Shown here piece after piece: positions 41,933 through 51,433 of a DNA stretch of 64,000 bases. Positions within the stretch are counted from its first letter, which is position 1. Each line of letters begins with the position of its first letter. Origin of the DNA: a bacterium (lineage in GTDB: Bacteria; SAR324; NAC60-12). A program made the position numbers and the translations under genes. Location: contig OZ242383.1 of assembly GCA_965209155.1 (NCBI GenBank), positions 1,088,001 to 1,152,000 of the forward strand, given 5' to 3'. Below the pieces are notes generated by a model. The model worked only from the letters and a program-made list of their open reading frames with translations. It was not told the DNA's origin and made no database searches.

Positions 41933-42718
41933 ATGAATGGAAATCGAATCAAAGCAATGTGGAAGGACGGCAAACCCGCGGTTCAAGCCTGGAGTTGGAC
42001 AGGACATCCTGAAATTTCTAAGATTTTGGCAAGGGCAGGTTTCGACGCGGTTTGTCTGGACTGGCAACATGGTCTTGACGTGACTGAACAGTCGTTGGTG
42101 AATTGCATCCAGGCCATCAATACGGTACCCGGAGTGGCCGCCTTCGTCAGGTTGCCAAAAGGGGATGACTACTATATTTCCCATGCGCTGGATGCGGGGG
42201 CGGCTGGGGTGATCGTACCCATGGTGAACACTGCGGAAGAAGCCAGGTCCGCGGGGCTTGCGTGTCGCTATGCTCCTGTGGGGCGCCGCAGTTTAGCCAA
42301 TACTCCCTTCATCAAACCCGGGGAAAAGGTTGAAGAATATACGACTCGCGCCAATGAGGAGATCATTTGTCTGGTTATGGTCGAAACCCGTCAAGCCGTA
42401 GAAAATATTGAAAGTATATGCAACTCGCCTGGAATCGATGGCGTTTATATCGGACCCTATGATTTGTCTCTGGACATGCAGGTGCCGACTGCCAACTGGC
42501 ATAGCGACGAGCGACACCTGGCCGTTGTAAAACGCATCTTTCAAGTTGCCGGGAATGCCGGCCTCGTCGCGGGGCACCACGGATCCACTCCCGCCATTTC
42601 GGCAAAATTTATTAAAATGGGCGCAAAGTTATGCCAGATCGGCACGGATACATCTATCCTGTCCGGCGCATTACGATCATCTTTAGAGGGTTTTCGAGAG
42701 GCGCTGAAAGATGAATGA
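41933..42718 (+). CDS. HpcH/HpaI aldolase family protein
   Basis: DWQHG, ALDAGAAGVIVPMV, MVET, IGPYDLS. Confidence 0.9.
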   Translation: MNGNRIKAMWKDGKPAVQAWSWTGHPEISKILARAGFDAVCLDWQHGLDVTEQSLVNCIQAINTVPGVAAFVRLPKGDDYYISHALDAGAAGVIVPMVNTAEEARSAGLACRYAPVGRRSLANTPFIKPGEKVEEYTTRANEEIICLVMVETRQAVENIESICNSPGIDGVYIGPYDLSLDMQVPTANWHSDERHLAVVKRIFQVAGNAGLVAGHHGSTPAISAKFIKMGAKLCQIGTDTSILSGALRSSLEGFREALKDE

Positions 42719-42795
42719 AGCATCTTGTCCGAATCATCGCTTCACCAGGTCGATAGGCATGGCTTGCACGGCCAAACCCCGGTCTTTCGGGGGTA

Positions 42796-43176
42796 TCAAT
42801 CTTCCATATACCGTATGTAGTTTTCTCCTTCATCTTTGATGTCGAATTCTCTCAGACGCTCTTCTTCTTGCTGGCAATTGATGCAGAGTCTGGTGAAAGG
42901 AACGATCATCAATCGTTTTTTGGAAATCGGTTCGCCACATTCTTCACAGTCTCCATAACTGTTTTCTTCAATGCGTCGAATCGCATCCTCGATTTTTTCT
43001 AATTTTTCCTGTTCGCGGTCTTGCAAAAGCATGGTCAATTTCCGTTCCTGCTCTTCCACCGAACTGTCAATTTCGTCTCCAATGTCGTGTTCTGTGACTT
43101 CTTGCTCCTTTATTTTCAGAATTTCTTCGACCAGGTTTTCTTTTTCCTTGAGCAACATCAATTTTATATCTTGCAT
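42796..43176 (-). CDS. dksA: DksA/TraR C4 zinc-finger protein
   Basis: DEID, YGDCEECGEPISKKRL...LCINCQ. Confidence 0.8.
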   Translation of the reverse strand: MQDIKLMLLKEKENLVEEILKIKEQEVTEHDIGDEIDSSVEEQERKLTMLLQDREQEKLEKIEDAIRRIEENSYGDCEECGEPISKKRLMIVPFTRLCINCQQEEERLREFDIKDEGENYIRYMED

Positions 43177-43339
43177 CTTCTCGTCCTCCTGCTCTCGAAC
43201 ATTCCTTTTATTAACTCATGTAACGTGTATGAAACCCGGAACCATTTCAGAAAGTGAAACATTCCAAATACGACTGCCTCGGTCAATGGCAAAACCGCCT
43301 GTCGAAATCGTGAAAATCTAACGACTTTTTGACTCTGAA

Positions 43340-44677
43340 TCAAGAATAATGATTCGGCCCTCGTCCAGTGCGACGTTTTAAAACGGCTGCAAACAACCCC
43401 ATCCAATGTGAAGAAGGCAATGTCTTGAAAAAACCTTCATCAGTCAAGAAAGGCAACCGGGGTGTGGAATGAGTTAAAAATTGTTGAAAAGGGAGTATAG
43501 CATAATCCGGATGGTTTCTCAACAGGTGTTCAATTTGAAGTTCGTTTTCCTCCTTTTCCAGGGAACAAGTCACGTAAACCAGGAGACCTTCCGCTTTCAA
43601 ATGGTGAGCGGCCTTATTCAACAAGTGCTGTTGTAAGTGAATTTTGTTCAACAAAATTTCCTTGGAAGCAATCCACTTTATATCCGGGTTCTTGCGAATC
43701 GTACCCGTTGAGGAGCAAGGAACATCCAAGAGAATGACGTCGAAGGGTGACTTGAATGGAAGTTGCAGGCCATCTGAAACGAGCAATCCCCTTGTTGGCA
43801 GTCGCAGGCATTTCATATTGTGACGAAGCCGTCTCATACGTTTTGGAGAGGAGTCATTGAGAAAGAGGTTTTTCCGACAAGGGGCTTGTAGAATCCCGAT
43901 GGATTTCCCTCCAGGAGCTGCGCAGACATCCAATACGTTTCCCTTCCAAAGAGGTGCGGTACAATCCAGAAAAATTTGAGAAGAGCTGTCCTGTACATAA
44001 CACGCGCCTTGTTGAAATGCAGAGGTGTGAAACAATTCCGCCGCGTTTTCAACGACCAGTGCCTGGGTAGCGATTGGATGCAAACGCGCGGAGAGGCCTT
44101 CTTTTTCCAGGCATTCCAAGAGACCTTCCCGCTTCCAGGGGGGTATGGCGCGGATGGTAACGCCTTCGAAAATATTATTGGCCGTACAAATAGATTCCAC
44201 TTGCGCCGGTGCGTAGAATTCTTGCCAGCGGGCCACCATCCAATCCTGGTGAGAAGTACGAATTGCCAGAGAATGATGGTGATAGGAATAATTGTTTTCC
44301 AAATCACTGGCCAAATTCCTCAATACGGCATTGATGAGGGATTTTTGAGCGATGATACGGAAAGGATGGGCCAAAGCGACACTTTCGTAGATGCTGGCGC
44401 GTGTGGGAATACGGTTCATGAAGAGGAGTTGGTAAATCCCCAATGCCAGGATTCCTACCAGGCTTTTTTGCAATTTGTGGAAAGGCCTGTCCACCCGATT
44501 GCAAACTTCCGTTTGCAATAAACGACGATGGCGAATCATACCTTGCAGGAGATGGCAATAAAAACGACGGTCTTTTACGGTCTTCAACTGATCCGGAAGC
44601 CGGTCCTGCCAATGGAACGAGCGTGGAAATCTTAAAAAATCCCTCACTACCAAAAATCGAACGGGATCGTATGCCAT
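43340..44677 (-). CDS. rsmB: 16S rRNA m5C967 methyltransferase RsmB/Sun
   Basis: NusB-like N-terminus, DVCAAPGGKS, DVPCSSTG, YVTCS. Confidence 0.88.
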   Translation of the reverse strand: MAYDPVRFLVVRDFLRFPRSFHWQDRLPDQLKTVKDRRFYCHLLQGMIRHRRLLQTEVCNRVDRPFHKLQKSLVGILALGIYQLLFMNRIPTRASIYESVALAHPFRIIAQKSLINAVLRNLASDLENNYSYHHHSLAIRTSHQDWMVARWQEFYAPAQVESICTANNIFEGVTIRAIPPWKREGLLECLEKEGLSARLHPIATQALVVENAAELFHTSAFQQGACYVQDSSSQIFLDCTAPLWKGNVLDVCAAPGGKSIGILQAPCRKNLFLNDSSPKRMRRLRHNMKCLRLPTRGLLVSDGLQLPFKSPFDVILLDVPCSSTGTIRKNPDIKWIASKEILLNKIHLQQHLLNKAAHHLKAEGLLVYVTCSLEKEENELQIEHLLRNHPDYAILPFQQFLTHSTPRLPFLTDEGFFKTLPSSHWMGLFAAVLKRRTGRGPNHYS

Positions 44678-44753
44678 CTTTTCCGTAAATATGCGAATCA
44701 GGAGATGAAATTTAATTTATAAAATCAATAATTTAATATTTATGATGTGCCAT

Positions 44754-44845
44754 GCCGGTCCCGGATCCCCCTGGATTCCTGGTCAAGCCTGGAATGACAA
44801 ATGCGATTTCCTGGATTCCTGGTCAAGCCAGGAATGACACGATTT
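44754..44845. repeat. REP-like palindromes (tandem pair)
   Basis: CTGGATTCCTGGTCAAGCCAGGAATGACA x2. Confidence 0.8.
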
Positions 44846-44923
44846 TTAACTCCTGATTCACGTCCGTAAATATGAAGGAGTTTCCTGAATTGGTATTGAA
44901 CTTTCCGCGCATTATCGATAGGC

Positions 44924-46324
44924 TTGCTTTATATACCTCTAACCTTCTCCTGTCTCAAGGGTATTGTGCCGGCAATTCATCATTTTAACTCGAAACATCT
45001 CCTCACTTTGGGAGGTAGCTTGTTGCTCGGGTTCTTGTTTTTTCTGTATTGGGCTGACATCGAGGCTGTCAGCGACACCCCATTCTGGTTGATTGTCGCT
45101 GGTGATTTGAGGGGTGAAATCAAACCTTGCGGCTGCAGTCCTGAAGGGGACATGGGAGGATTGCTGCGTCGCGCCAGTTATTTGGAACAACTGCGCGCAT
45201 CCGAGAATCCGCTTTATTATCTCGATTTGGGAAACAATTTTCCCCCTCCCTCCGAGCAAGGTCGTTTGAAGGTGGATTTGATTCAAAAAACTCTGAAACG
45301 GCTCAACCCTTTGGTGATTTTACTGGGTCCCAATGAACTACTCTACGAAAAATCGCTTTTGGACCTGCAGCTTCCGTATTTACTCTCCAACGTTCGTGCG
45401 GACTGGCCCTTTAAAAAATCTCATATTGAAAAGTTGGCAAACCATCAAATCGGTATCTGGGGTTATCTCTCTCCCACGCAAATTTACCAAAATAAGAACG
45501 AGGAGCAAACGGTCTATCCCGTTGATACCGCCCTTCTCGAGGAGTGGCGAGAGGAATTGCAAGAAAGTCGCGCAGACTACGCTATTTTATTGTTCCGGGG
45601 TAATGAAGAAGAATTATCACAGTTCGAACAAAGTCATTTATTCAACATCATCATCACGGGCAGCAACAACGATGATGAATTGAACCAGGTTTTAGAAATG
45701 CAAACCACCACGGGAACTTTTCCTGCAGTACCCACCAAAGGACAAGGCGCCCTACATGCAAAAATTGAATGGAGCAACCAACCTGCTCGATCAGGAAGTC
45801 CCGACTCGAGCGACAGTGAAATTGCATGGGAGGTGACATGGCTTTATGATAAGTATCCTGATCATGCTGAGATTCAACCTTTCTTTGATGATTACAATGA
45901 ACACGTCAAAGAACTGTTTTTTACGAACCTCGACCGCATGGAAAAACACGCGCGCGATACTCCGTATGGAGGAGAGATCGTATGCAAGGCATGTCATCTT
46001 GCCCAACACTCGATATGGATCGATAGCCGACACAGCCGCGCATACGCGACCTTGCAAAACGTCAACAAGCATTTTGACCTGGAATGCTTGCAATGCCACG
46101 TCGTGGGTCTGCAGCAGGAGGGTTTCCTCAGCGTGGAGTTGACTCCCACCCTGCTCAACGTGCAATGCGAGAACTGCCACGGGCCCGCCAAAGCTCATAT
46201 CAGCAATCCAACCCAAGTGCGTCCCCCCACCAAACCTGCCCAACAAACTTGCGTTTCCTGTCATCGAGGAAGTCATTCCCCGACTTTTGAATACTCGACG
46301 TACTGGGCCAAAATCGCGCATTAA
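44924..46324 (+). CDS. Multiheme c-type cytochrome (c554-like) fused to a 5'-nucleotidase-like N-terminal domain
   Basis: Four CxxCH motifs (CKACH, CLQCH, CENCH, CVSCH); GEIKPCGC...GGLLRR; start codon uncertain. Confidence 0.8.
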   Translation: MLYIPLTFSCLKGIVPAIHHFNSKHLLTLGGSLLLGFLFFLYWADIEAVSDTPFWLIVAGDLRGEIKPCGCSPEGDMGGLLRRASYLEQLRASENPLYYLDLGNNFPPPSEQGRLKVDLIQKTLKRLNPLVILLGPNELLYEKSLLDLQLPYLLSNVRADWPFKKSHIEKLANHQIGIWGYLSPTQIYQNKNEEQTVYPVDTALLEEWREELQESRADYAILLFRGNEEELSQFEQSHLFNIIITGSNNDDELNQVLEMQTTTGTFPAVPTKGQGALHAKIEWSNQPARSGSPDSSDSEIAWEVTWLYDKYPDHAEIQPFFDDYNEHVKELFFTNLDRMEKHARDTPYGGEIVCKACHLAQHSIWIDSRHSRAYATLQNVNKHFDLECLQCHVVGLQQEGFLSVELTPTLLNVQCENCHGPAKAHISNPTQVRPPTKPAQQTCVSCHRGSHSPTFEYSTYWAKIAH

Positions 46325-47910
46325 CAGGAAGATTCTCCGGGGTTCTTCTTCCAATTTTCCAACCAATTCAATAATGCGGATTGTTCAGCAAAGCAATTGG
46401 GATATTTCATCTCCGGGCGTTTGATAACAATCAATGGAATCTCCAAAGAGCGGGCAGCTGACGCTTTTGCCAGAAAACCACCCGCTTCTCCGGAATCTTT
46501 GCTGACGACGCAATCAACTTGCCAGCTTCGCCAAAGCGTTTCATTGAATTCCTTTGTGAAGGGTCCTTGCATTGCGCAAATGTGATCGGCTGGGATTCCA
46601 AAATCGATAGCGCGTTGCACGGAGGAAGGATCCGGAGTGATGCGGAGATACCATTCGCGCCGGGCAGCACCGGAAGCATCGAGATAAATTCCGAGATCTT
46701 TGGAGCCGGATGACAAAAAAATGCGTTTTCCTTGGGTGATTGCGACTTGCGCGGCCTCCTCCGTGGTTTGACAAATCGTGATGAAAGGCGACCCATCCAC
46801 CTCGGGGGGATGGCTTTCCGGGCGTTCAAAACGCAAGTACGGAATCTTCAATTCAGCAGAAAGTTGCAACAACTGCGAGGAAATTTTTGTGGCAAAAGGG
46901 TGAGTCGCGTCGATGATGGCGCAAGCGGAAGTTTCCCGCAACGCTTGACGACGCATCGTGATGCCTTTCCTCCCTCCGGTTACAGGTAATCGGGGAAATT
47001 TATTTTTTAATAGCTCTTTGCCATATCCGGTTGCGGTGGAGACAATGACGGGATAACCCCGCGTTTCCATTTCGGCAGCCAGGCGATTGCCATCGCCGGT
47101 ACCTGAAAAAACCCAATACGCATGGTGTGGAAGCGCGCTTGCTGGTTGAGTTGACTTGGTGAGATGCTCAGGCTCCCGCAATCCGAGATATCCACGCGGG
47201 GTCACCAGAAATTTGCCTTTGCGACGCGTGAAACGATTACCGACGACAATGGTGGTGCGCATATCGAATTGCTGATCGAGCAGGTCTTCCAGGACTGTGA
47301 CAGCCGTTACTTGCTGATCTCGATATGCGTCGCGAACCACCCCGCACCAGGTGGTGGGCAACTTATGTCGTAACATGATTCGCAAAACCCGGTAGATCCC
47401 TTGCTGCCGTGTCCGGCTTTGAACGTTGTATAAAACGGCTACCAAGTCGGCCCGGGCAATGAAAGTTGCCCGGTTCTCGATCAATTCCCACGGGCATAAA
47501 TGGTCTGAAAGCGAAAGTGTGGCAAAATCATGGGACAAAGGCGCTCCTAAGAGTGAAGCGCAAGCATTGGCTGCCGTTATTCCGGGAATGACTTCCACTT
47601 GAAAAGGCTCCCGTTCTTCCATCAACTCAAAGGCGAGACCCGCCATGGCATAGACACCGATATCACCGCCGGAAACCAGGCTCACCTGCTTGCCGGCGCG
47701 AGCCAGCTCAATGGCTTTCTCTACACGTTCACGCTCTTGGGTGAGAGGAAAGGCATGGACCATTTTACCTGCCACTTCCTCCTTAATCCAAAGCAGGTAA
47801 TGGTGGTAGCCGACAATCTCCTCACTCAGCGCAATGGCATTCATAGCCCTGGGAGGAATGAGCTCCTTATGTCCGGGTCCAAGGGAAACGAGATAGAGTT
47901 TACCTTGCAT
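46321..47910 (-). CDS. cobJ: Precorrin-3B C17-methyltransferase / precorrin-6X reductase fusion (CobJ-CobK, CbiH-CbiJ)
   Basis: LGAPLSHDF, TPRGY, then DATHPFA, MQGPF, VSKDSG. Confidence 0.9.
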   Translation of the reverse strand: MQGKLYLVSLGPGHKELIPPRAMNAIALSEEIVGYHHYLLWIKEEVAGKMVHAFPLTQERERVEKAIELARAGKQVSLVSGGDIGVYAMAGLAFELMEEREPFQVEVIPGITAANACASLLGAPLSHDFATLSLSDHLCPWELIENRATFIARADLVAVLYNVQSRTRQQGIYRVLRIMLRHKLPTTWCGVVRDAYRDQQVTAVTVLEDLLDQQFDMRTTIVVGNRFTRRKGKFLVTPRGYLGLREPEHLTKSTQPASALPHHAYWVFSGTGDGNRLAAEMETRGYPVIVSTATGYGKELLKNKFPRLPVTGGRKGITMRRQALRETSACAIIDATHPFATKISSQLLQLSAELKIPYLRFERPESHPPEVDGSPFITICQTTEEAAQVAITQGKRIFLSSGSKDLGIYLDASGAARREWYLRITPDPSSVQRAIDFGIPADHICAMQGPFTKEFNETLWRSWQVDCVVSKDSGEAGGFLAKASAARSLEIPLIVIKRPEMKYPNCFAEQSALLNWLENWKKNPGESSC

Positions 47911-47919
47911 GATGTTTCC

Positions 47920-48678
47920 TTATTCTGGTAAAAACACCGGGTCGTCCACGATTGCAACGGCGACGCCTTTGCAGGTTGTTTTCCGCAAAATCAACTCCCC
48001 GCGTATACTGGCCAACAAGGCGCAAGGCTCACAAACACCCGCCACTCCCAAATTTTGCTGAACCCAATGGGAAGAGCGGGTAACCCAAGGACGAATTGCC
48101 AGCAGTTCGCGTTTGATCCCATGCAGGGGGAGTTCACGACGCGCGCACCACTGGCGCAGTCCCGGTTCTTTTTCCTTCAGGTCAATCGTGGCAATTTCAC
48201 GCACTTCCCGGAAGCTGCGTCCGATTTGTCGCAAGGCCTGGCCGACTGCTTCTTCAATTTGGTCGGGTGCCACTCCTTTACGACAGCCTATACCAATCAC
48301 AATCGGTTTGAGCGTTTCGGTCGCGGTCGTGATTACAGGAATAGCTCCCGTCAGCGTCGCGATTTGGTGGGCCAGTAAATTGGCTTTCCCTTCGTGCCCT
48401 GCAAGCAAAGAAACCGCATAACGCGCCCCTTCATCCAGCACGACTACGCCGGGATCGGTGCGTTTGTCTTGCGGCAATCCTTCCAGGTACCGCACTGCAA
48501 TCCCCGTTGTCATCACCAACACCCAGGGCGCGTATTCAAAAAACAACTCGGCAAACCGAGACTTAGCGGATTTTTCCGGATGTTTCCAGGAACTCAACAA
48601 TTCCGCGGAAAGTTGTTGTTGTAAAAACAGACCCAAAGGTTCGGCTTGTTGTCGAACCAGCCAAATTCCCGATTTCAT
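47920..48678 (-). CDS. cbiG: Cobalamin biosynthesis protein CbiG
   Basis: DKRTDPGVVV, GHEG, VITTAT, GIGCRKG, GVCEP. Confidence 0.9.
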   Translation of the reverse strand: MKSGIWLVRQQAEPLGLFLQQQLSAELLSSWKHPEKSAKSRFAELFFEYAPWVLVMTTGIAVRYLEGLPQDKRTDPGVVVLDEGARYAVSLLAGHEGKANLLAHQIATLTGAIPVITTATETLKPIVIGIGCRKGVAPDQIEEAVGQALRQIGRSFREVREIATIDLKEKEPGLRQWCARRELPLHGIKRELLAIRPWVTRSSHWVQQNLGVAGVCEPCALLASIRGELILRKTTCKGVAVAIVDDPVFLPE

Positions 48679-49511
48679 TTCTTTTTCGCTCCCACGCTGT
48701 TATTGGTACGACCAGGCGGATTCCTTCCCACGCTGCCCTCCGATCGACTGGACCGGCACCCTCTGCGAAAGCGGTGGGTGTACCGGGCAGAGTACAATTG
48801 AGATTCCTCCTCGAGCTCCTCTCTTAAAACGGATCCGACAAGGACCATGGTGGACAAGGCCCATTCCCGCACTTTGATTTCATCGAGGACCTTAGCCAGC
48901 GTGCCGAGATAAATACGCTCTTCAGGCCAAGTGGCTTTTTGAACCAGGGCGATCGGCGTATCCCCGCTATAAAATGGTCTGAGTTCTTTAACAATTTCTG
49001 GCAAATGAGGGCCCGATAGAAAAATACACAAAGTGGCTTGGTGCGCGGCAAGCCTTGATAGGCTTTCCTTTTCAGGAACAGGGGAAGCCCGTCCGGAAAC
49101 TCGCGTTAAAATTACGGTCTGAGAAACACGTGGTTTGGTCAATTCCTTCTGCAAACAGGCGGCTGAGGCGGAAAACGAAGAAACGCCCGGCACGACTTCA
49201 AAGGGAATTCCCAATTGACGCAATCGCTCGATTTGCTCGGCAATCGTCCCGTAAATGGCGGGATCTCCGGAGTGGAGACGGGCCACGTCCCATTCATTTT
49301 GTCGGGCTAATTCGTAGTAGGTTTCCTGTTCTTCCAGGTTCAATAACGCAGTGTCAATCACCTTGAACGCTTCCTGGCAATGCATGAGAACTTCACGATT
49401 GACCAAGGACCCGGCATACATCACCATTGGAACTTTTTTAAGGATTCGGATACCCCGCAAGGTGATCAAGTCCGCCGCCCCGGGGCCTGCTCCGATAAAA
49501 TAGACTTTCAT
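48675..49511 (-). CDS. cobM: Precorrin-4 C11-methyltransferase (CobM/CbiF)
   Basis: GAGPGAADLIT, YAGSLV, RLHSGDP, ATWPEE. Confidence 0.92.
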   Translation of the reverse strand: MKVYFIGAGPGAADLITLRGIRILKKVPMVMYAGSLVNREVLMHCQEAFKVIDTALLNLEEQETYYELARQNEWDVARLHSGDPAIYGTIAEQIERLRQLGIPFEVVPGVSSFSASAACLQKELTKPRVSQTVILTRVSGRASPVPEKESLSRLAAHQATLCIFLSGPHLPEIVKELRPFYSGDTPIALVQKATWPEERIYLGTLAKVLDEIKVREWALSTMVLVGSVLREELEEESQLYSARYTHRFRRGCRSSRSEGSVGRNPPGRTNNSVGAKKK

Positions 49512-50263
49512 ACGTGCCGTTTCTCTCTGGGAAGCTTGCGGATGAGCATGGTGGACAAATAACCAGTAGACTCTCCGGCCTTCAATTGCGTCAAATCGTT
49601 GCATAAAACTTCTTCTTCAAACCCCAAATATCCACCAAATGCGCAATATCGTTCGATGTTCATGGATTGCAGGAGTCGCAACACCCGGGGCAGTCTTTTG
49701 CCGATCTTCATCAGCACTACCACGTCATGGCTTTCAATATCCACCTGCAAATTTTTCATATTATCCGGGCAAGGCAAGATCAAAAGACGTTCTTTTCCCT
49801 CTCCCAAGGGCCAGTTCAAAGAAGCAGCGATGGCAGCGAAGCTGGTGATACCAGGGAAAGTGTGGTGAGGAACCTCCGGAAGGACTTCCAGTAAAGCTGA
49901 AATCGTATAACCATAGGTGGAGTAGGTGAGGGGGTCTCCCAAGGTGAGATAACCCACATTTTTCCCCTGTATCAATTCCCTGGCAATCCGGTGCGAGAAC
50001 TGGTTGTAATGGTTTCGCAGCACATTACGATTGGGATCCATTTTGAAAGGGATATTTCGAAATTTTTCCTGTGGAATGTCCAGCCCCCTCAAGCACCACC
50101 TTGCTTTGGAGTCCTCTCGGGAGTCGGCAATGGGACAGTAAATGATTTCGCAATCATGCAAAGCGCGTAAAGCGCTGACGGGTATAAGACCCTCCGGTCC
50201 GGGGCCCACCCCCACCCCATAAAAAGTGCCCAACCGGTTTTCAGGGTAAGAAGTTTGCGGCAT
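49508..50263 (-). CDS. cobI: Precorrin-2 C20-methyltransferase (CobI/CbiL)
   Basis: GVGVGPG, TLGDPLTYST, VLMK. Confidence 0.9.
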   Translation of the reverse strand: MPQTSYPENRLGTFYGVGVGPGPEGLIPVSALRALHDCEIIYCPIADSREDSKARWCLRGLDIPQEKFRNIPFKMDPNRNVLRNHYNQFSHRIARELIQGKNVGYLTLGDPLTYSTYGYTISALLEVLPEVPHHTFPGITSFAAIAASLNWPLGEGKERLLILPCPDNMKNLQVDIESHDVVVLMKIGKRLPRVLRLLQSMNIERYCAFGGYLGFEEEVLCNDLTQLKAGESTGYLSTMLIRKLPREKRHV

Positions 50264-50287
50264 GGTTCCTCACAATTCACCATGATA

Positions 50288-51433
50288 TTAAAGCGACCCT
50301 CGCAGGAGTATTCGTCGCATCGCAATCAAGCGCACTTGTACTTCTTGCACGCGTTTTGTCTTTTCATGAACGATCTTTGCGATTTGATTTTCCACCTCCT
50401 GCCAGAAATGAAAGACGTTCACTTCATTTTCCAAATGCCGGATGACCTGTTCCATGGTGGTCGATTGCCGGCATCTTTCAATGAGCGTCGGTGCCATTCC
50501 GAAGCGCTCGGCTGCCCGAGAGACTGCATATACCGCAGTCCCGCTGGCTCCAGAATGAGTGTCCCATACCCGGTCGAGCAATTTTGCCAATTTTCCAGGA
50601 TGCCCAACCAACCAAAGACGGGGAAGCACGAAATCATACTCAGCCAGGGTCTGGTTCAGGGAATCAATGGAAAATCCGACAAAATTCGACATCTGTACAA
50701 CGCGCTTCAGGGGGAATTCCAAATTTTGAGCAGCGAAACGCTGGCCAATGTTTCCGGGAGTGAAGACTATCTCCCGGGGACGGTCCGCAATGGCAATGCG
50801 AACGTACAACTCAATGGACGCGAGAAAAGACGAGAGTGATTTGGGCTCGACGATACCCGAAGTGCCGAGAATGGAAATACCATCGACGATTCCTAAACGA
50901 GCATTGTAAGTTTTTTTGGAAATTTCCACTCCATTTTCACAGCCTATCTCGAGGTCAAAGCCTGTATCGCCCGAATAACCAATCTCCTCCAGGATTTCAT
51001 GGACGGCTGCTATCATCATCTGGCGGGGAACGGGGTTGATTGCGGGTTCTCCCGCCGGGAATGCAAAACCAGGCTCGGTGATTGTTCCCACACCCGATCC
51101 TGCGAAAAAGCGAATTTTCGACTGGTCGTTGGCTTGGACAGTGGCAAAAATCTTTGCTCGATGCGTCACATCGGGATCATCACCAGCGTCTTTTTCCACA
51201 GTGGCTCGTACCCGACCGGGGCTTTCCTCTGCGATGTTCAATATGCGGAAATTGACAAAATGAACGCCATCCACCAGGTTGACCAGAACCTGCGAGCATT
51301 CCCTGCCCTGCAACAACTTGAGCAACGCTGCTTTAACGGCAGCCGTCGCGCAAGATCCGGTGGTCACTCCACGACGCAATCCGTTGGCCGCCGGTTCTTT
51401 GAAATCAAAGGCTTTCCGGGCTGCAGTGTTCAT
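50288..51433 (-). CDS. cbiD: Cobalt-precorrin-5B C1-methyltransferase
   Basis: LRRGVTTGSCA, KDAGDDPDVTH, AINPVPR, GISILGT. Confidence 0.95.
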   Translation of the reverse strand: MNTAARKAFDFKEPAANGLRRGVTTGSCATAAVKAALLKLLQGRECSQVLVNLVDGVHFVNFRILNIAEESPGRVRATVEKDAGDDPDVTHRAKIFATVQANDQSKIRFFAGSGVGTITEPGFAFPAGEPAINPVPRQMMIAAVHEILEEIGYSGDTGFDLEIGCENGVEISKKTYNARLGIVDGISILGTSGIVEPKSLSSFLASIELYVRIAIADRPREIVFTPGNIGQRFAAQNLEFPLKRVVQMSNFVGFSIDSLNQTLAEYDFVLPRLWLVGHPGKLAKLLDRVWDTHSGASGTAVYAVSRAAERFGMAPTLIERCRQSTTMEQVIRHLENEVNVFHFWQEVENQIAKIVHEKTKRVQEVQVRLIAMRRILLRGSL

